A DNA stretch of 64,000 bases from a virus (taxonomy: Duplodnaviria > Caudoviricetes), in the IMG/VR virus record IMGVR_UViG_3300031998_000031, positions 1 through 64,000 of that record; one strand, written 5' to 3'. A program made the position numbers and the translations under genes. The notes under the pieces were generated by a model. It did no database searches, was not told the DNA's origin, and was given only the letters and a program-made list of their open reading frames with translations. This document shows positions 9,520-18,662 of the stretch, piece by piece. Every line of letters starts with the position of its first letter. The first letter of the stretch is position 1.

Positions 9520-10183
9520 TGCAGTCACTGGCAGGATAGTAGATTACGACGAGCGCACGAATGAGTTGCTTATCCGTGCGAAGTATGATGACTATCTCAC
9601 ATTGAGCAAGCGTCAGTACCGGGAATGTAAGGTCCAGCTCATCGACGGGCGCACGCTCTCAGATAAACAGCGTAGAGCGTGCTATGCCCTGCTGAGATAT
9701 ATATGCGATTACAGCGGCATGGATGTGACTGAGGCAAAGGAGTTCACAAAGATACGCTTTCTTGCCGAAAACATTGAAGATACGGCCGACAAGATATTCT
9801 CTCTGTCAGACGCTCCGATGTCACTGGTGTGTGCATACCAGCGGTTCTTGGTCCGCTTCATAATATCGAACGACATTCCGTGCGACAAACCGCTGCTGAA
9901 TTTCGTCGACGATATCCAAGACTACATATATTCCTGCCTGATACATAAAAAATGCTGTGTGTGTGGTAAGCATACACAACTGCATCACGTAGACAGGGTA
10001 GGTATGGGCAGAGACAGGGCCGAGATTATCCATATCGGCATGAAAGTGCTTCCGCTTTGTGCGGAGCACCACGGTGAGGACCATATGATGGGCGAGGATT
10101 CATTCCAAGCGATGTATCATCTTACCGATGGAATCGAGGTTGACCGAACCATAGCGAAGATTTACGGGCTGAAAGCAAAGTAG
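9503..10183 (+). CDS. Putative HNH-type nuclease (DUF968-like)
   Basis: CCVCG..TQLHH..VGMGRDR...LPLCAEHH. Confidence 0.75.
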   Translation: MKTPFDAVTGRIVDYDERTNELLIRAKYDDYLTLSKRQYRECKVQLIDGRTLSDKQRRACYALLRYICDYSGMDVTEAKEFTKIRFLAENIEDTADKIFSLSDAPMSLVCAYQRFLVRFIISNDIPCDKPLLNFVDDIQDYIYSCLIHKKCCVCGKHTQLHHVDRVGMGRDRAEIIHIGMKVLPLCAEHHGEDHMMGEDSFQAMYHLTDGIEVDRTIAKIYGLKAK

Positions 10184-10195
10184 GGAGGCGGATAC

Positions 10196-10429
10196 ATGAA
10201 GATTAAACATGTGAGAATGTGCATATGCGGAATGGAGATGCCGGATTTGCGGCTGAAATATCTGGGGCCGCAAGACGGGGGCGAAGGCTATGCGACCATA
10301 CTTTTTTCCGCGCATTGTCCGCGATGCGGTCGAAGCACGGATATGTTCCACAGCGTTAGTGGGGCTATTACTGAATGGAACAGACTACAGGACGCATTCA
10401 AGACGTGGGCGGAGGCGACGAATGGGTAG
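10196..10429 (+). CDS. Lar-like zinc-finger protein
   Basis: C.CG...CPRCG...AITEWNR pattern. Confidence 0.6.
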   Translation: MKIKHVRMCICGMEMPDLRLKYLGPQDGGEGYATILFSAHCPRCGRSTDMFHSVSGAITEWNRLQDAFKTWAEATNG

Positions 10430-10916
10430 AGTTTGGAAGGAAACGATAGCACCAGCATATTTACATGATAAGTTTGGCATCTATAAAGGCGTATGGATGA
10501 AGCAAATGGACAGGTGCTGGAACAGTGACGATGGCTTTCAGGTTACGAGCAGGTTGATAATGACCGATTGGGGCAGAGTCGAGCATGCAGCTATACATGT
10601 TATCGGTGACCCTACTTGTGACGGAGAGCATGACTTGTCTTGGGCCACCAAGATGGAGATAAAGAACGAGCTTTTCGGCGAGAAACGATTAGCCATAGAG
10701 GTATTCCCAAAACAAAAGAATCTTGTCGATGTGATGGACGTCTACCATTTATGGGTATTCGATAAGGATTTTGATTTGCCTTTTGGGATACACCCTACAC
10801 GTGATAAGCAATGCCCGCATATAAAGAGGGGCTGCCCAAAGGATATAACTGCACTGGCCGAAAACACCAAATGGATGCTGAGTAAGTTCGGGAGGTACGA
10901 CAATGAGCATGAATGA
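10422..10916 (+). CDS. Conserved phage protein
   Basis: W..KMEIKNELFG...AIEVFP...LVD..D.YHLWV; GGAGG RBS. Confidence 0.75.
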   Translation: MGRVWKETIAPAYLHDKFGIYKGVWMKQMDRCWNSDDGFQVTSRLIMTDWGRVEHAAIHVIGDPTCDGEHDLSWATKMEIKNELFGEKRLAIEVFPKQKNLVDVMDVYHLWVFDKDFDLPFGIHPTRDKQCPHIKRGCPKDITALAENTKWMLSKFGRYDNEHE

Positions 10917-11316
10917 TTGGAACGGAATTGGAAGACTGACGAAGGACCCTGAGCTGAGGACTACGCCGAACGGTGTAAGCGTATGCTCGTTCAGCATAGC
11001 TGTCGACCGGGATTACGCCGACAAAGATACAAAAGAACGCGAGGTCGACTTCTTCGATATAGTCGCTTGGCGCAACACGGCGGAATTCGTACATAAGTAT
11101 TTTTCAAAAGGCCGCATGATAGGCGTGAACGGACGCCTTCAGAACCGCACATGGGAAGATAAGCAGGGCAATAAGCGCCGCACTACGGAGATACGAGCAG
11201 AGCACTGCTACTTTTGCGGAGATAAGCCGAAGGACAGGACCGACGAAGAGTACGTGAATCAGGATGCAGGATATGACGGATTCGCAAGGCTCACCGATGA
11301 TGATATCCCGTTTTAA
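10903..11316 (+). CDS. ssb: Single-stranded DNA-binding protein
   Basis: GRLTKDPELR, GRLQ.R.W, C-terminal DDIPF. Confidence 0.96.
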   Translation: MSMNDWNGIGRLTKDPELRTTPNGVSVCSFSIAVDRDYADKDTKEREVDFFDIVAWRNTAEFVHKYFSKGRMIGVNGRLQNRTWEDKQGNKRRTTEIRAEHCYFCGDKPKDRTDEEYVNQDAGYDGFARLTDDDIPF

Positions 11317-11328
11317 GGAGGAAGACCG

Positions 11329-11550
11329 ATGAGATTAAGGACTATAAACGAAGGCTTCAGGCTCATCAAAGCTGAAGACCCGGATACGCAACTAACAAAG
11401 CACGCTATAAGGCAGATGGTCGTCGATGGACGCTTGCCATCAGTAGAAGTGGGAAACAAAAAGCTCTTCGATGTCGATGCAATCAAGGACCTTCCAAAGG
11501 CCTCACCGCCTGAGACTAAGACGGGAACGATTAGACCTGTGAAAGCCTAA
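11329..11550 (+). CDS. Excisionase-like winged-HTH protein
   Basis: AIRQMV..G.LPSV.VGNKKL HTH_17-like pattern. Confidence 0.7.
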   Translation: MRLRTINEGFRLIKAEDPDTQLTKHAIRQMVVDGRLPSVEVGNKKLFDVDAIKDLPKASPPETKTGTIRPVKA

Positions 11551-11551
11551 G

Positions 11552-11578
11552 TAAAGCCCTGCGTAAGCGGGGTTTTAT
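11552..11578 (+). terminator. Terminator ending the early operon
   Basis: AAAGCCCTGC-GTAA-GCGGGGTTTT. Confidence 0.65.
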
Positions 11579-11610
11579 AATGCATTCATCACAAAATATG
11601 ACTAATATAT

Positions 11611-11649
11611 ACTAAAACACTTGACAATATATAATGGATATGATATATT
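11611..11649 (+). promoter_or_regulatory. Repeated strong sigma-A promoter, copy 1
   Basis: ACTAAAACAC-TTGACA-17bp-(TG)TATATT. Confidence 0.85.
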
Positions 11650-11685
11650 ATAGCCGAGGGGAAACCCGAATGAAAAGGAGGGCAT

Positions 11686-11865
11686 ATGGCCTACAGAGAT
11701 TACGAAGACCCGCGTATGCTTGAGCGGATGGTAAGAGAATGCGAAGATGCTCTCAATCACGCAGAGGGCGAGGATGAATTCTTCTATTACCACGAAGAGC
11801 TTGAAGACCTGCGCCAGAGATTAAACTTTGCTTGGCAGGACGAAGAGTTCGAGATGTACGACTAA
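11686..11865 (+). CDS. Small highly acidic protein (59 aa; not in ORF track)
   Basis: AAGGAGG RBS; MAYRDYEDPR...AWQDEEFEMYD. Confidence 0.75.
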   Translation: MAYRDYEDPRMLERMVRECEDALNHAEGEDEFFYYHEELEDLRQRLNFAWQDEEFEMYD

Positions 11866-11880
11866 GATTGGGAGGGCGAC

Positions 11881-12276
11881 ATGAGAAACATTCTTGAAGT
11901 AGCAAGACTTGTAGAAGTCATTCTGGATGACTCTGTATCAGCAGAGGATAAGGTCAATCAGATAAAGATGGTCCGTGACAACGGCGATATTACGACTGAG
12001 GAGGGTGTTGACCTTGTGTTCTACTACGATTTGACTCTCCGCAGTGTAGACCTTGCTCTTAAAAAGCTGAGTCCGGATTGCAAACATTGGTTAGGCATTC
12101 ACGCTGACTTGGCCCGGAAAGCTGCGGACAAGGGCTCTTTCGAAGAAGTGACTGAAAACTGCAAAAAGATTCGTGGATTCTTGGAGTGTCTCGCCACGAC
12201 AGGAACGATATCTGAGCGCGAGATGAAGACGCTGTATCTTCACTACGTTTCAAAAATGGAGAAGATAGTGATGTAA
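11881..12276 (+). CDS. Hypothetical protein
   Basis: GGAGG RBS, 131 aa. Confidence 0.75.
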   Translation: MRNILEVARLVEVILDDSVSAEDKVNQIKMVRDNGDITTEEGVDLVFYYDLTLRSVDLALKKLSPDCKHWLGIHADLARKAADKGSFEEVTENCKKIRGFLECLATTGTISEREMKTLYLHYVSKMEKIVM

Positions 12277-12280
12277 ATAT

Positions 12281-12319
12281 ACCAAAACGCTTGACAAGAT
12301 ATAAGGTGTATGGTATATT
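12281..12319 (+). promoter_or_regulatory. Repeated strong sigma-A promoter, copy 2
   Basis: ACCAAAACGC-TTGACA-17bp-(TG)TATATT. Confidence 0.85.
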
Positions 12320-12350
12320 ATATATAGGAAAGATACTTGGAGGTGTGAGA

Positions 12351-12911
12351 ATGAAAAGTCAGGAAGAATTAAGAGCTGATTACAGAGACGCAATCGCAAA
12401 GGTGTGGTCAGACCAGAAGATGCGTGATTATTGCGACAAAACGGCTGTTCACTTTGTCGAGCTGGCCGACGGCGACTTCATGAGCATCGATAAACCGAGA
12501 ATCGAGACGAGATTCTGCTTCGGCTACGGGTACTGCGGTGTTTCGAGTGAGGAAGAATACCGGGACGCTGCCGCGATGAGTCGCCACGCCGAAACGAGCG
12601 AGGAATACTTCAAGAAAGAGAACCTCAAGGAGCTGAATGATTGGATTGCTCATCTCGGAGATAGCTCCATCAAAGCTTACAAGCGCCCGTCTTACGGCAG
12701 AGACGGAAACAGTCATCTCAAGTCGATAGCGCTCTGCCGCTACTGGGAGTCGCCGGGATATGCTGGCGCGGTAGAGATGACCGAGGATGAACGTCGCGCA
12801 ATAATCGCGGGCTATGAAGAGGTCAAAAAGGGATTCGAAAAGCGCCTGAATACTTATCTCAAGCGTTACGGACTGTCTAAGGTTCGTTCTTGGACGTATC
12901 TTTCGGATTAG
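12351..12911 (+). CDS. Hypothetical protein
   Basis: GGAGGTG RBS before MKSQEE. Confidence 0.78.
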   Translation: MKSQEELRADYRDAIAKVWSDQKMRDYCDKTAVHFVELADGDFMSIDKPRIETRFCFGYGYCGVSSEEEYRDAAAMSRHAETSEEYFKKENLKELNDWIAHLGDSSIKAYKRPSYGRDGNSHLKSIALCRYWESPGYAGAVEMTEDERRAIIAGYEEVKKGFEKRLNTYLKRYGLSKVRSWTYLSD

Positions 12912-12924
12912 CGGAGGTGAAGAG

Positions 12925-13239
12925 ATGGAATATGACGGAAAGAAAGTTCTGACGGAGGACGAGTTCAGTTATAGTACTGTGAAGATTGGCGACTATGTGG
13001 ATGCAAATGTTGTCATGGCGGCGATGGACTGTTTGCCTCCGGCGATGATGAGGTTGTCTTGCGCTCAGCTCGGAGAGCCGTACAGTCATCGGGAAGACCC
13101 GGAGACAGGCAAATGGCGGGCCACTTATCCCACGTTCAAAGCCTTAACTGGCGATTTTATCAACGGTATTTGGGAATACTGCGGGAACTGTTTTAGGGGC
13201 GAAACGTCAGAGCGTGGAAAAGACCCCGTTTACGTTTGA
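12925..13239 (+). CDS. Hypothetical protein
   Basis: GGAGGTG RBS, 104 aa. Confidence 0.78.
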   Translation: MEYDGKKVLTEDEFSYSTVKIGDYVDANVVMAAMDCLPPAMMRLSCAQLGEPYSHREDPETGKWRATYPTFKALTGDFINGIWEYCGNCFRGETSERGKDPVYV

Positions 13240-13256
13240 AAGGGAGGCTATAAACA

Positions 13257-13442
13257 ATGAATAAATCAGATGCAAAAAAAATAGCAAAGGACATAATGCT
13301 GACTGCTATAGGAACAGCGTACTACAGAGTAGCGGATAGCACAGACTATACGTTAGAGGAACAGGACTTGATAATCAAAGAGATTGACAGATATGGTGAG
13401 AGGATGGCAAAAGCAATAAACGGAACATACACGGCATACTAA
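13257..13442 (+). CDS. Hypothetical protein
   Basis: GGGAGG RBS, 61 aa. Confidence 0.7.
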   Translation: MNKSDAKKIAKDIMLTAIGTAYYRVADSTDYTLEEQDLIIKEIDRYGERMAKAINGTYTAY

Positions 13443-13466
13443 GTATAGACTTGGGGAGGTATAGGA

Positions 13467-13637
13467 ATGAAACTTTATGACTTCCGACAATGCAGTTGCA
13501 AACTGGACGGAATAACTTGCGACGAACTATACACCTCTGATTGCGAGGATTGCAAAGCCTTTAAAGAATATCAAAAGCGTATTAAATGGATAAAGATAAA
13601 AAATATCGGAGCAAAACCGCCCAACAAGGAGGAATAA
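13467..13637 (+). CDS. Small Cys-rich protein (56 aa; not in ORF track)
   Basis: GGAGGT RBS; stop abuts the next ATG. Confidence 0.6.
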   Translation: MKLYDFRQCSCKLDGITCDELYTSDCEDCKAFKEYQKRIKWIKIKNIGAKPPNKEE

Positions 13638-13919
13638 ATGGACTACATCAAACGAGAAGATGCCTTGACAGACTTTATGTGTGAGGGCGTAAGTTGTAAC
13701 GAGTGTCCGTTTAAAGAGAATGGATGCAGATTAGAGAAGTTTATAATAGCAATCCCAGCCGCAGATGTCCGTGAGAACGTGCATGGTCATTGGGTATTCA
13801 AAGACGGTAAAATCTTTTGTTCGCACTGTAATAAACCACAGTTTGAATATAGAACGATTGATTGGGATTGGGAACCAAAGTTTTGTCCTAACTGCGGAGC
13901 ATATATGAGGGAGGACTGA
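13638..13919 (+). CDS. Zinc-ribbon phage protein
   Basis: PAADV...HGHW, CSHC, FCPNCGA. Confidence 0.78.
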   Translation: MDYIKREDALTDFMCEGVSCNECPFKENGCRLEKFIIAIPAADVRENVHGHWVFKDGKIFCSHCNKPQFEYRTIDWDWEPKFCPNCGAYMRED

Positions 13920-13924
13920 ATAAG

Positions 13925-14248
13925 ATGGACGCTGAATTGTACGCAAAAGAGTTTAAGCGGATGTGCCATTGTGAGAATTGTGGTTTTCTCCATGATTTGG
14001 GAATCACAATGCCAAATGATTGTGAAGGAGCGTTATATGACTATCCCGAAAAAGCCACAGCAATCGTCGAACAATGGAGTAAAGAACATCCGATACAGAC
14101 CAACAGGCAAAAGGTTGAGGAGATGTTTGGAAGAAGGGTGAACATAAAGGCTTGTCCGCCGTTCGCCCCGGAAGAGTGGTGTAGAGGAGAGTGTATAGAG
14201 TGCGAGAAGTGGTGGGATGCACCTTACGAAGCACCAAAAGAGGACTGA
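13925..14248 (+). CDS. Hypothetical protein, paralog of 14708-15037
   Basis: Shared IVEQWSKEHP.QTNRQK and WWD.PYEAPK. Confidence 0.78.
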   Translation: MDAELYAKEFKRMCHCENCGFLHDLGITMPNDCEGALYDYPEKATAIVEQWSKEHPIQTNRQKVEEMFGRRVNIKACPPFAPEEWCRGECIECEKWWDAPYEAPKED

Positions 14249-14305
14249 TATGGAGAAGTATAACGTGACAGACCGCTCGATTATGGAGCAAGAAAGGATG
14301 TTCTG

Positions 14306-14593
14306 ATGGATATTCAGGTTTCGATATCGCTCAGCAGGGATGACATTTTGAACGGAGCACTCGGATACCAGATAATATGCGAGACCCGCGAAAGCTCTGT
14401 CTGGGATACGAGGAGATGCAAGAATCTCTGGATGTCCGAATTTGACTCTCGTGAACGTGAAGAAACTGAAGCGATATTCAAGCAATGCCATTCTTGGTAT
14501 TTGAAGAAAGGTGTGCCGCTCGAAGGCATCACGGTAAGTGTTGACAGGTTAAAGCTTTGGTACAAGATAGAGGAGTTTTGTAAAAAGATATGA
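14306..14593 (+). CDS. Hypothetical protein
   Basis: AAAGGA RBS, 95 aa. Confidence 0.7.
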   Translation: MDIQVSISLSRDDILNGALGYQIICETRESSVWDTRRCKNLWMSEFDSREREETEAIFKQCHSWYLKKGVPLEGITVSVDRLKLWYKIEEFCKKI

Positions 14594-14707
14594 AAGAAAA
14601 TGAGATGTTCAGCGTAATAGTAGATAGCGAATGGTACTACGAAGGCACTTATGAGGAGTGTTCGGGTTTAAGCCTTATACGGATATGAAATGGGAGGATT
14701 GAATAAG

Positions 14708-15037
14708 ATGGACGCTTTAATGTTTCAAAATGAATTAAGCAGAATGTGCAAAACCTTCAGCGAGTGCCTTGATGGTTGCCCCGCTTATAAGTATTGCTTC
14801 CTTCACCTGTCAGAAGGAGATAACGAAAGTCACCGCAAGCTGATTGAGATAGTAGAGCAATGGAGCAAGGAACATCCCGAACAGACCAATAGGCAGAAGT
14901 TTAAAGAGGTGTTCGGATTTGATACGACCAATAACGCTATGAAGCAGGTAGTTAAATCGGACAACGGAAATCTTTTCTACACTTTTCCTAAAAGCGATTG
15001 GTGGGATATGCCATATGAAGCACCAAAGGCGGACTGA
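14708..15037 (+). CDS. Hypothetical protein, paralog of 13925-14248
   Basis: GGAGG RBS; shared motifs as above. Confidence 0.78.
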   Translation: MDALMFQNELSRMCKTFSECLDGCPAYKYCFLHLSEGDNESHRKLIEIVEQWSKEHPEQTNRQKFKEVFGFDTTNNAMKQVVKSDNGNLFYTFPKSDWWDMPYEAPKAD

Positions 15038-15079
15038 TATGGACTCGATAATTTTTTAGCCAAAAAACGACAAATACCA

Positions 15080-15118
15080 ACCAAAACGCTTGACAAGCTA
15101 TGCGGTATGTGCTATATT
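15080..15118 (+). promoter_or_regulatory. Repeated strong sigma-A promoter, copy 3
   Basis: ACCAAAACGC-TTGACA-17bp-(TG)TATATT. Confidence 0.85.
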
Positions 15119-15158
15119 ATAAGTACGGGGGATAGCAATTTGACAAGGAGGTTTTGAT

Positions 15159-15503
15159 ATGGGATACGAAAGCAAAGTTTGTATAGTGGAAGTAACGCGC
15201 AGAGATGGTATTTATGCGGAACCCATCGCTATAGTCAACATGTGTGTGATGGAGTCGTCCTTCAAAGAACTGTTCAAGAAGGAAATCGACTATGACCTGC
15301 CTATTGACGGTAAGGCTGGCCTGACCCACGAGGATAAGTATCAGGAGCATATGAGGTCTTGCTCGGTCAACGAGGTCGTCAGGTATCTTGAAGAGCAAAT
15401 GAGGGGTTGCAACTACAGGAGACTTTCGGTCCTTCTCGGACTGCTGCGAGGATTCGACCAGCGAGAGTGGGAAAGTCTTGAGGTCGTACACTACGGATAC
15501 TAA
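15159..15503 (+). CDS. Hypothetical protein
   Basis: AAGGAGGT RBS, 114 aa. Confidence 0.78.
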   Translation: MGYESKVCIVEVTRRDGIYAEPIAIVNMCVMESSFKELFKKEIDYDLPIDGKAGLTHEDKYQEHMRSCSVNEVVRYLEEQMRGCNYRRLSVLLGLLRGFDQREWESLEVVHYGY

Positions 15504-15514
15504 GGAGGGTAATC

Positions 15515-15694
15515 ATGGCTTACACGAGAAAAACAAGAGACCGCTGGGATATAGAGACTAACTACGGCTACGGATGGGAGGTTGAGTGCAGCGAATATAC
15601 GTGGGCCGAGGCGAAAGCTCAGGCAAAGTGCTACAGAGAGAATTCGTACGGAAGATTCGCGGTGCGCGTGAAAAAACATCGTGAAGCGATTTAG
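15515..15694 (+). CDS. Small hypothetical protein (59 aa; not in ORF track)
   Basis: AAGGAGG RBS; MAYTRKTRDRWDIETNYGYGWE... Confidence 0.72.
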   Translation: MAYTRKTRDRWDIETNYGYGWEVECSEYTWAEAKAQAKCYRENSYGRFAVRVKKHREAI

Positions 15695-15708
15695 CAGGAG
15701 GATGGTGA

Positions 15709-16158
15709 ATGGCAAGTGATGCTTATGAAGCGCGTTTAGCGAAGGTGGCAGCGCTGAAAGAAAAGGTGCTTAGGGAAATCAACGAGTTCGAGGCATATCA
15801 CTTCGGCGATATGAAGTATGTGCTGGAAAAAGCTTGTGATGTTCTTGGCCAACACGACGAGTCGATTATAGCGAACATTTTGCATGATTCGCGCATGGTC
15901 ATTGCAGCAGAAGCGCTCAGGGGGTACCTTGAGAGGGACGACGCTTTTATGCAGATAAACTATGCGGATACCCTCAGGACTATCTATTGCATCAAAGATG
16001 AGACCTTGGACATCATGCTTAGTGAAGACATCGATGTGATGTTGGCGTTCTCTCTGCTGTGTGAGAATCTCCGCCTTCCCGTAAACGATAACGTATTCGA
16101 ATTTTCAATCGTCGGGCCGATAGACAGGGTACTGTACGATAAACGGAAGAAAAACTGA
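15709..16158 (+). CDS. Hypothetical protein
   Basis: AGGAGG RBS, 149 aa. Confidence 0.75.
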   Translation: MASDAYEARLAKVAALKEKVLREINEFEAYHFGDMKYVLEKACDVLGQHDESIIANILHDSRMVIAAEALRGYLERDDAFMQINYADTLRTIYCIKDETLDIMLSEDIDVMLAFSLLCENLRLPVNDNVFEFSIVGPIDRVLYDKRKKN

Positions 16159-16267
16159 AAAATCTGTCCAATTTCGCTTGTTTTTGCATCGTTGACGTTG
16201 CATTTTGCATACTTCTGGTTTAATATTTTCTGTGAAGGCTGTAGCGAGAAGTGGTGAGTCAGCGCAG

Positions 16268-16810
16268 ATGCAAGTATTAAAGAAGAATGACAAACTCTAC
16301 GAGGTTGAAAAGGTCGATAGTTGGCTGAGAGAGTTTGCTGAACAGCAACGTGAATTGGACGGACAATATGAAAGGCTTGAGCGGTTGCAGGCGCGACTCG
16401 AAAGCTATGGAGTTCAGGAGATAAGCGACATGCCAAGGTCGCCAAGTCCACCTAACGATAGGGTGTCTGTACTGATGTCTAAAAAGATAGACCTTGAGCA
16501 GAATCTGAAGCTCGATATCAAAGAGCATCAGATTACAGAACAGCGTATCGAGTATGTCCTGAATCACATAGAAAAGGCCAGAGAGCGTACGGTTATCCGA
16601 ATGCGATATATCGATGATGAGCCGTGGGATACGATAACCTTCACTCTGTTTGGGGACCTGAGCGACTACACAGATAAATATCGGAACTATATGCGACGGT
16701 CATATCTCATACATTGCGCAGCCAAACTGGACATGGCTAAATACTTTAAAGATTCGGGAGACCCGGAGGTGGAGTTCTTTAAACAGTACATCCCAAAGTC
16801 TCTGGATTGA
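16268..16810 (+). CDS. RinA/ArpU-like late transcriptional activator
   Basis: ISDMPRS, ERTVIRMRYID...W..I C-terminal sigma4-like HTH; upstream of packaging genes. Confidence 0.75.
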   Translation: MQVLKKNDKLYEVEKVDSWLREFAEQQRELDGQYERLERLQARLESYGVQEISDMPRSPSPPNDRVSVLMSKKIDLEQNLKLDIKEHQITEQRIEYVLNHIEKARERTVIRMRYIDDEPWDTITFTLFGDLSDYTDKYRNYMRRSYLIHCAAKLDMAKYFKDSGDPEVEFFKQYIPKSLD

Positions 16811-16855
16811 TTTGAGAGTTCGGTGAGACTACACTTTCTCTGTTCTTTGTGTTGC

Positions 16856-16931
16856 GGCGGGGACGAACATCGTTCTCGCCATTTTTTTATAATAAAAAGC
16901 CACCGAGAGGTAACTTAGCGGCGGCTTTTAT
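16856..16931. terminator. Two adjacent terminator hairpins
   Basis: GGCGGGGACG/CGTTCTCGCC plus T7; AAAAGCCACCG/CGGCGGCTTTT. Confidence 0.65.
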
Positions 16932-17057
16932 GAGGGATGTGCAATTTGCTGGCGGTGAGCCAGTCAGGAAAAACCTAATGGGATAAGCACATGATACCAC
17001 CGAACTTTGCGGGATGCAATAAAAATTGTTTCTCGACGTCAAAACGGATAAAAATGC

Positions 17058-17096
17058 ACCAGAAAGCTTGACAAAATATAACCCACATGATATATT
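17058..17096 (+). promoter_or_regulatory. Repeated strong sigma-A promoter, copy 4
   Basis: ACCAGAAAGC-TTGACA-17bp-(TG)TATATT. Confidence 0.8.
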
Positions 17097-17142
17097 ATAT
17101 ATGGAAGTGGTAGTACACTGATGGTGAGAAAGGACTTCAAAG

Positions 17143-17403
17143 ATGACAGACATGAGCGCTAAGACAAAAATCAATTCTTCGGTAAAAGAGTTCTACATGA
17201 ATGAATATCCTACAGACGAGCTGGGGGCACGCTTGCACGACGAAACGACGTTCAACGATGTCCTCATCGGGCTCGCGGTCGGATTCGATATCTACAAGGT
17301 CTTAGGGGCCGGGGACAGCATCATACGCGAGAGAGTCTTCAGGAAGCTCGCCGAGATACTCGGCAGGGACTACGAATTCGTTTATCGGATGTGGATATCA
17401 TAG
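17143..17403 (+). CDS. Hypothetical protein
   Basis: AAAGGA RBS; first gene after promoter. Confidence 0.75.
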   Translation: MTDMSAKTKINSSVKEFYMNEYPTDELGARLHDETTFNDVLIGLAVGFDIYKVLGAGDSIIRERVFRKLAEILGRDYEFVYRMWIS

Positions 17404-17432
17404 CATTTGAACAGGCAGAGGGGAGCAAGACG

Positions 17433-17585
17433 ATGAGACGTTATGATGTGAGTTATTGGGCAGGTTGTTCTATCTATCATTTTAGGATTTATGCAAATAC
17501 CGCAAAAGAAGCGAGAAGACAATGTAAGGAGTGCATGGGAGTAAGATATAAAGACATAATCGCAGTTGAGAGGGCAGATAGATAA
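17433..17585 (+). CDS. Small hypothetical protein
   Basis: GGGGAG RBS before MRRYDV. Confidence 0.6.
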   Translation: MRRYDVSYWAGCSIYHFRIYANTAKEARRQCKECMGVRYKDIIAVERADR

Positions 17586-17597
17586 AAGGAGGCTCAG

Positions 17598-17831
17598 ATG
17601 ATTACATACAAAGAGATTTACGATAAGGTGGTCGGCAGCGGCAAATATCACAGTCGTATGGACAAGGTTTCGGCGATTGCCCAGCTAACATTCTCTCACA
17701 AGTTCAGGGGATGCGAGACGAAGCGAGATGCAGCGTGGCTCGCTCTGGAGCTGCTGGAGGATATGACCGGCGTGTTCTATGACCCTACGCCAAGTGAATT
17801 TGAGGACGTTTTAGCGTCAATAATCGGATAA
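17598..17831 (+). CDS. Hypothetical protein
   Basis: AAGGAGG RBS, 77 aa. Confidence 0.72.
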   Translation: MITYKEIYDKVVGSGKYHSRMDKVSAIAQLTFSHKFRGCETKRDAAWLALELLEDMTGVFYDPTPSEFEDVLASIIG

Positions 17832-17837
17832 ATGATT

Positions 17838-17876
17838 ACTAAAACGCTTGACAAACCATAGCGCACATGATATCAT
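17838..17876 (+). promoter_or_regulatory. Repeated strong sigma-A promoter, copy 5
   Basis: ACTAAAACGC-TTGACA-17bp-(TG)TATCAT. Confidence 0.85.
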
Positions 17877-17898
17877 AATCATAGAGGGGGAATGAGTT

Positions 17899-18081
17899 AT
17901 GGAAAGCGAAAAAAGAGTTTTCCGGCTTGGCCGGGACCACAGTCTGGAAGTCGTAAAGATAAACGACGATTGCTTCGATGTTTCCCTGATTGAGCACTAT
18001 GAAAGCGGCAGGGACCTGAAGCTGAAAGCTGAGCGCTACAGCAAGGACGCGCTTGAATGTGAGTACGGGATAAAGATTTGA
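17899..18081 (+). CDS. Small hypothetical protein
   Basis: GAGGGGG RBS, 60 aa. Confidence 0.68.
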   Translation: MESEKRVFRLGRDHSLEVVKINDDCFDVSLIEHYESGRDLKLKAERYSKDALECEYGIKI

Positions 18082-18092
18082 GGAGGTCGCAA

Positions 18093-18662
18093 ATGGATTT
18101 TGAGCAGAGACACATAGGAAGTATCGATATCGAGGACGGCATGGTGGACATTACAGACCCGTGCTATGACCGGGATACGTGGTGCAGGATTAACGATGCT
18201 CCAGTCAAGCCCGGAAAGTATGATTGCTTTTCGGTCGTTGGCGACGATGGCTGGGGCCCAAGGCCGTATAGATGCAGGATACAGCACGAGAGCTTGGGCG
18301 GCGGCACGGTAAAGAACTTTGAGTGTTTTGGAGCGGTGGCAGTCGATGCAGGAGTTTGCGGGTTCTTCTCCCATAAGCCGAACTACAAGGAGGATGACCA
18401 GTGGGGAGATGTTTGTGGGAGATTAGATGCCCACAACAAAAGGGCGGACGTACAGGACGACGCTTATAGGGCGTATCTGTTCCATAAGGAAGATGCGGTC
18501 ATGAGATGTGAGGCATTCTTCACGGAGTCAGGCATGGGTGACGGGTACTACGAAGTCTACGCTGCAAAAAAAGAGGGGGAGATAGTCGCTCTCGAACTGA
18601 GGTTCGACTATGATGAGGAAGACGCGGCTGAAGATGGAGGATTTGACTGCGATGAGGGATGA
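18093..18662 (+). CDS. DUF4241-like protein
   Basis: DITDPCY, VAVDAG..GFF, SGMGDGYY.VY...GEIVA. Confidence 0.7.
   Translation: MDFEQRHIGSIDIEDGMVDITDPCYDRDTWCRINDAPVKPGKYDCFSVVGDDGWGPRPYRCRIQHESLGGGTVKNFECFGAVAVDAGVCGFFSHKPNYKEDDQWGDVCGRLDAHNKRADVQDDAYRAYLFHKEDAVMRCEAFFTESGMGDGYYEVYAAKKEGEIVALELRFDYDEEDAAEDGGFDCDEG

Noticed and set aside
16811-17142. tRNA or structured ncRNA in the intergenic gap
   Set aside because: Only terminator hairpins and a promoter are evident; no cloverleaf or recognisable family (a covariance-model search would settle it)
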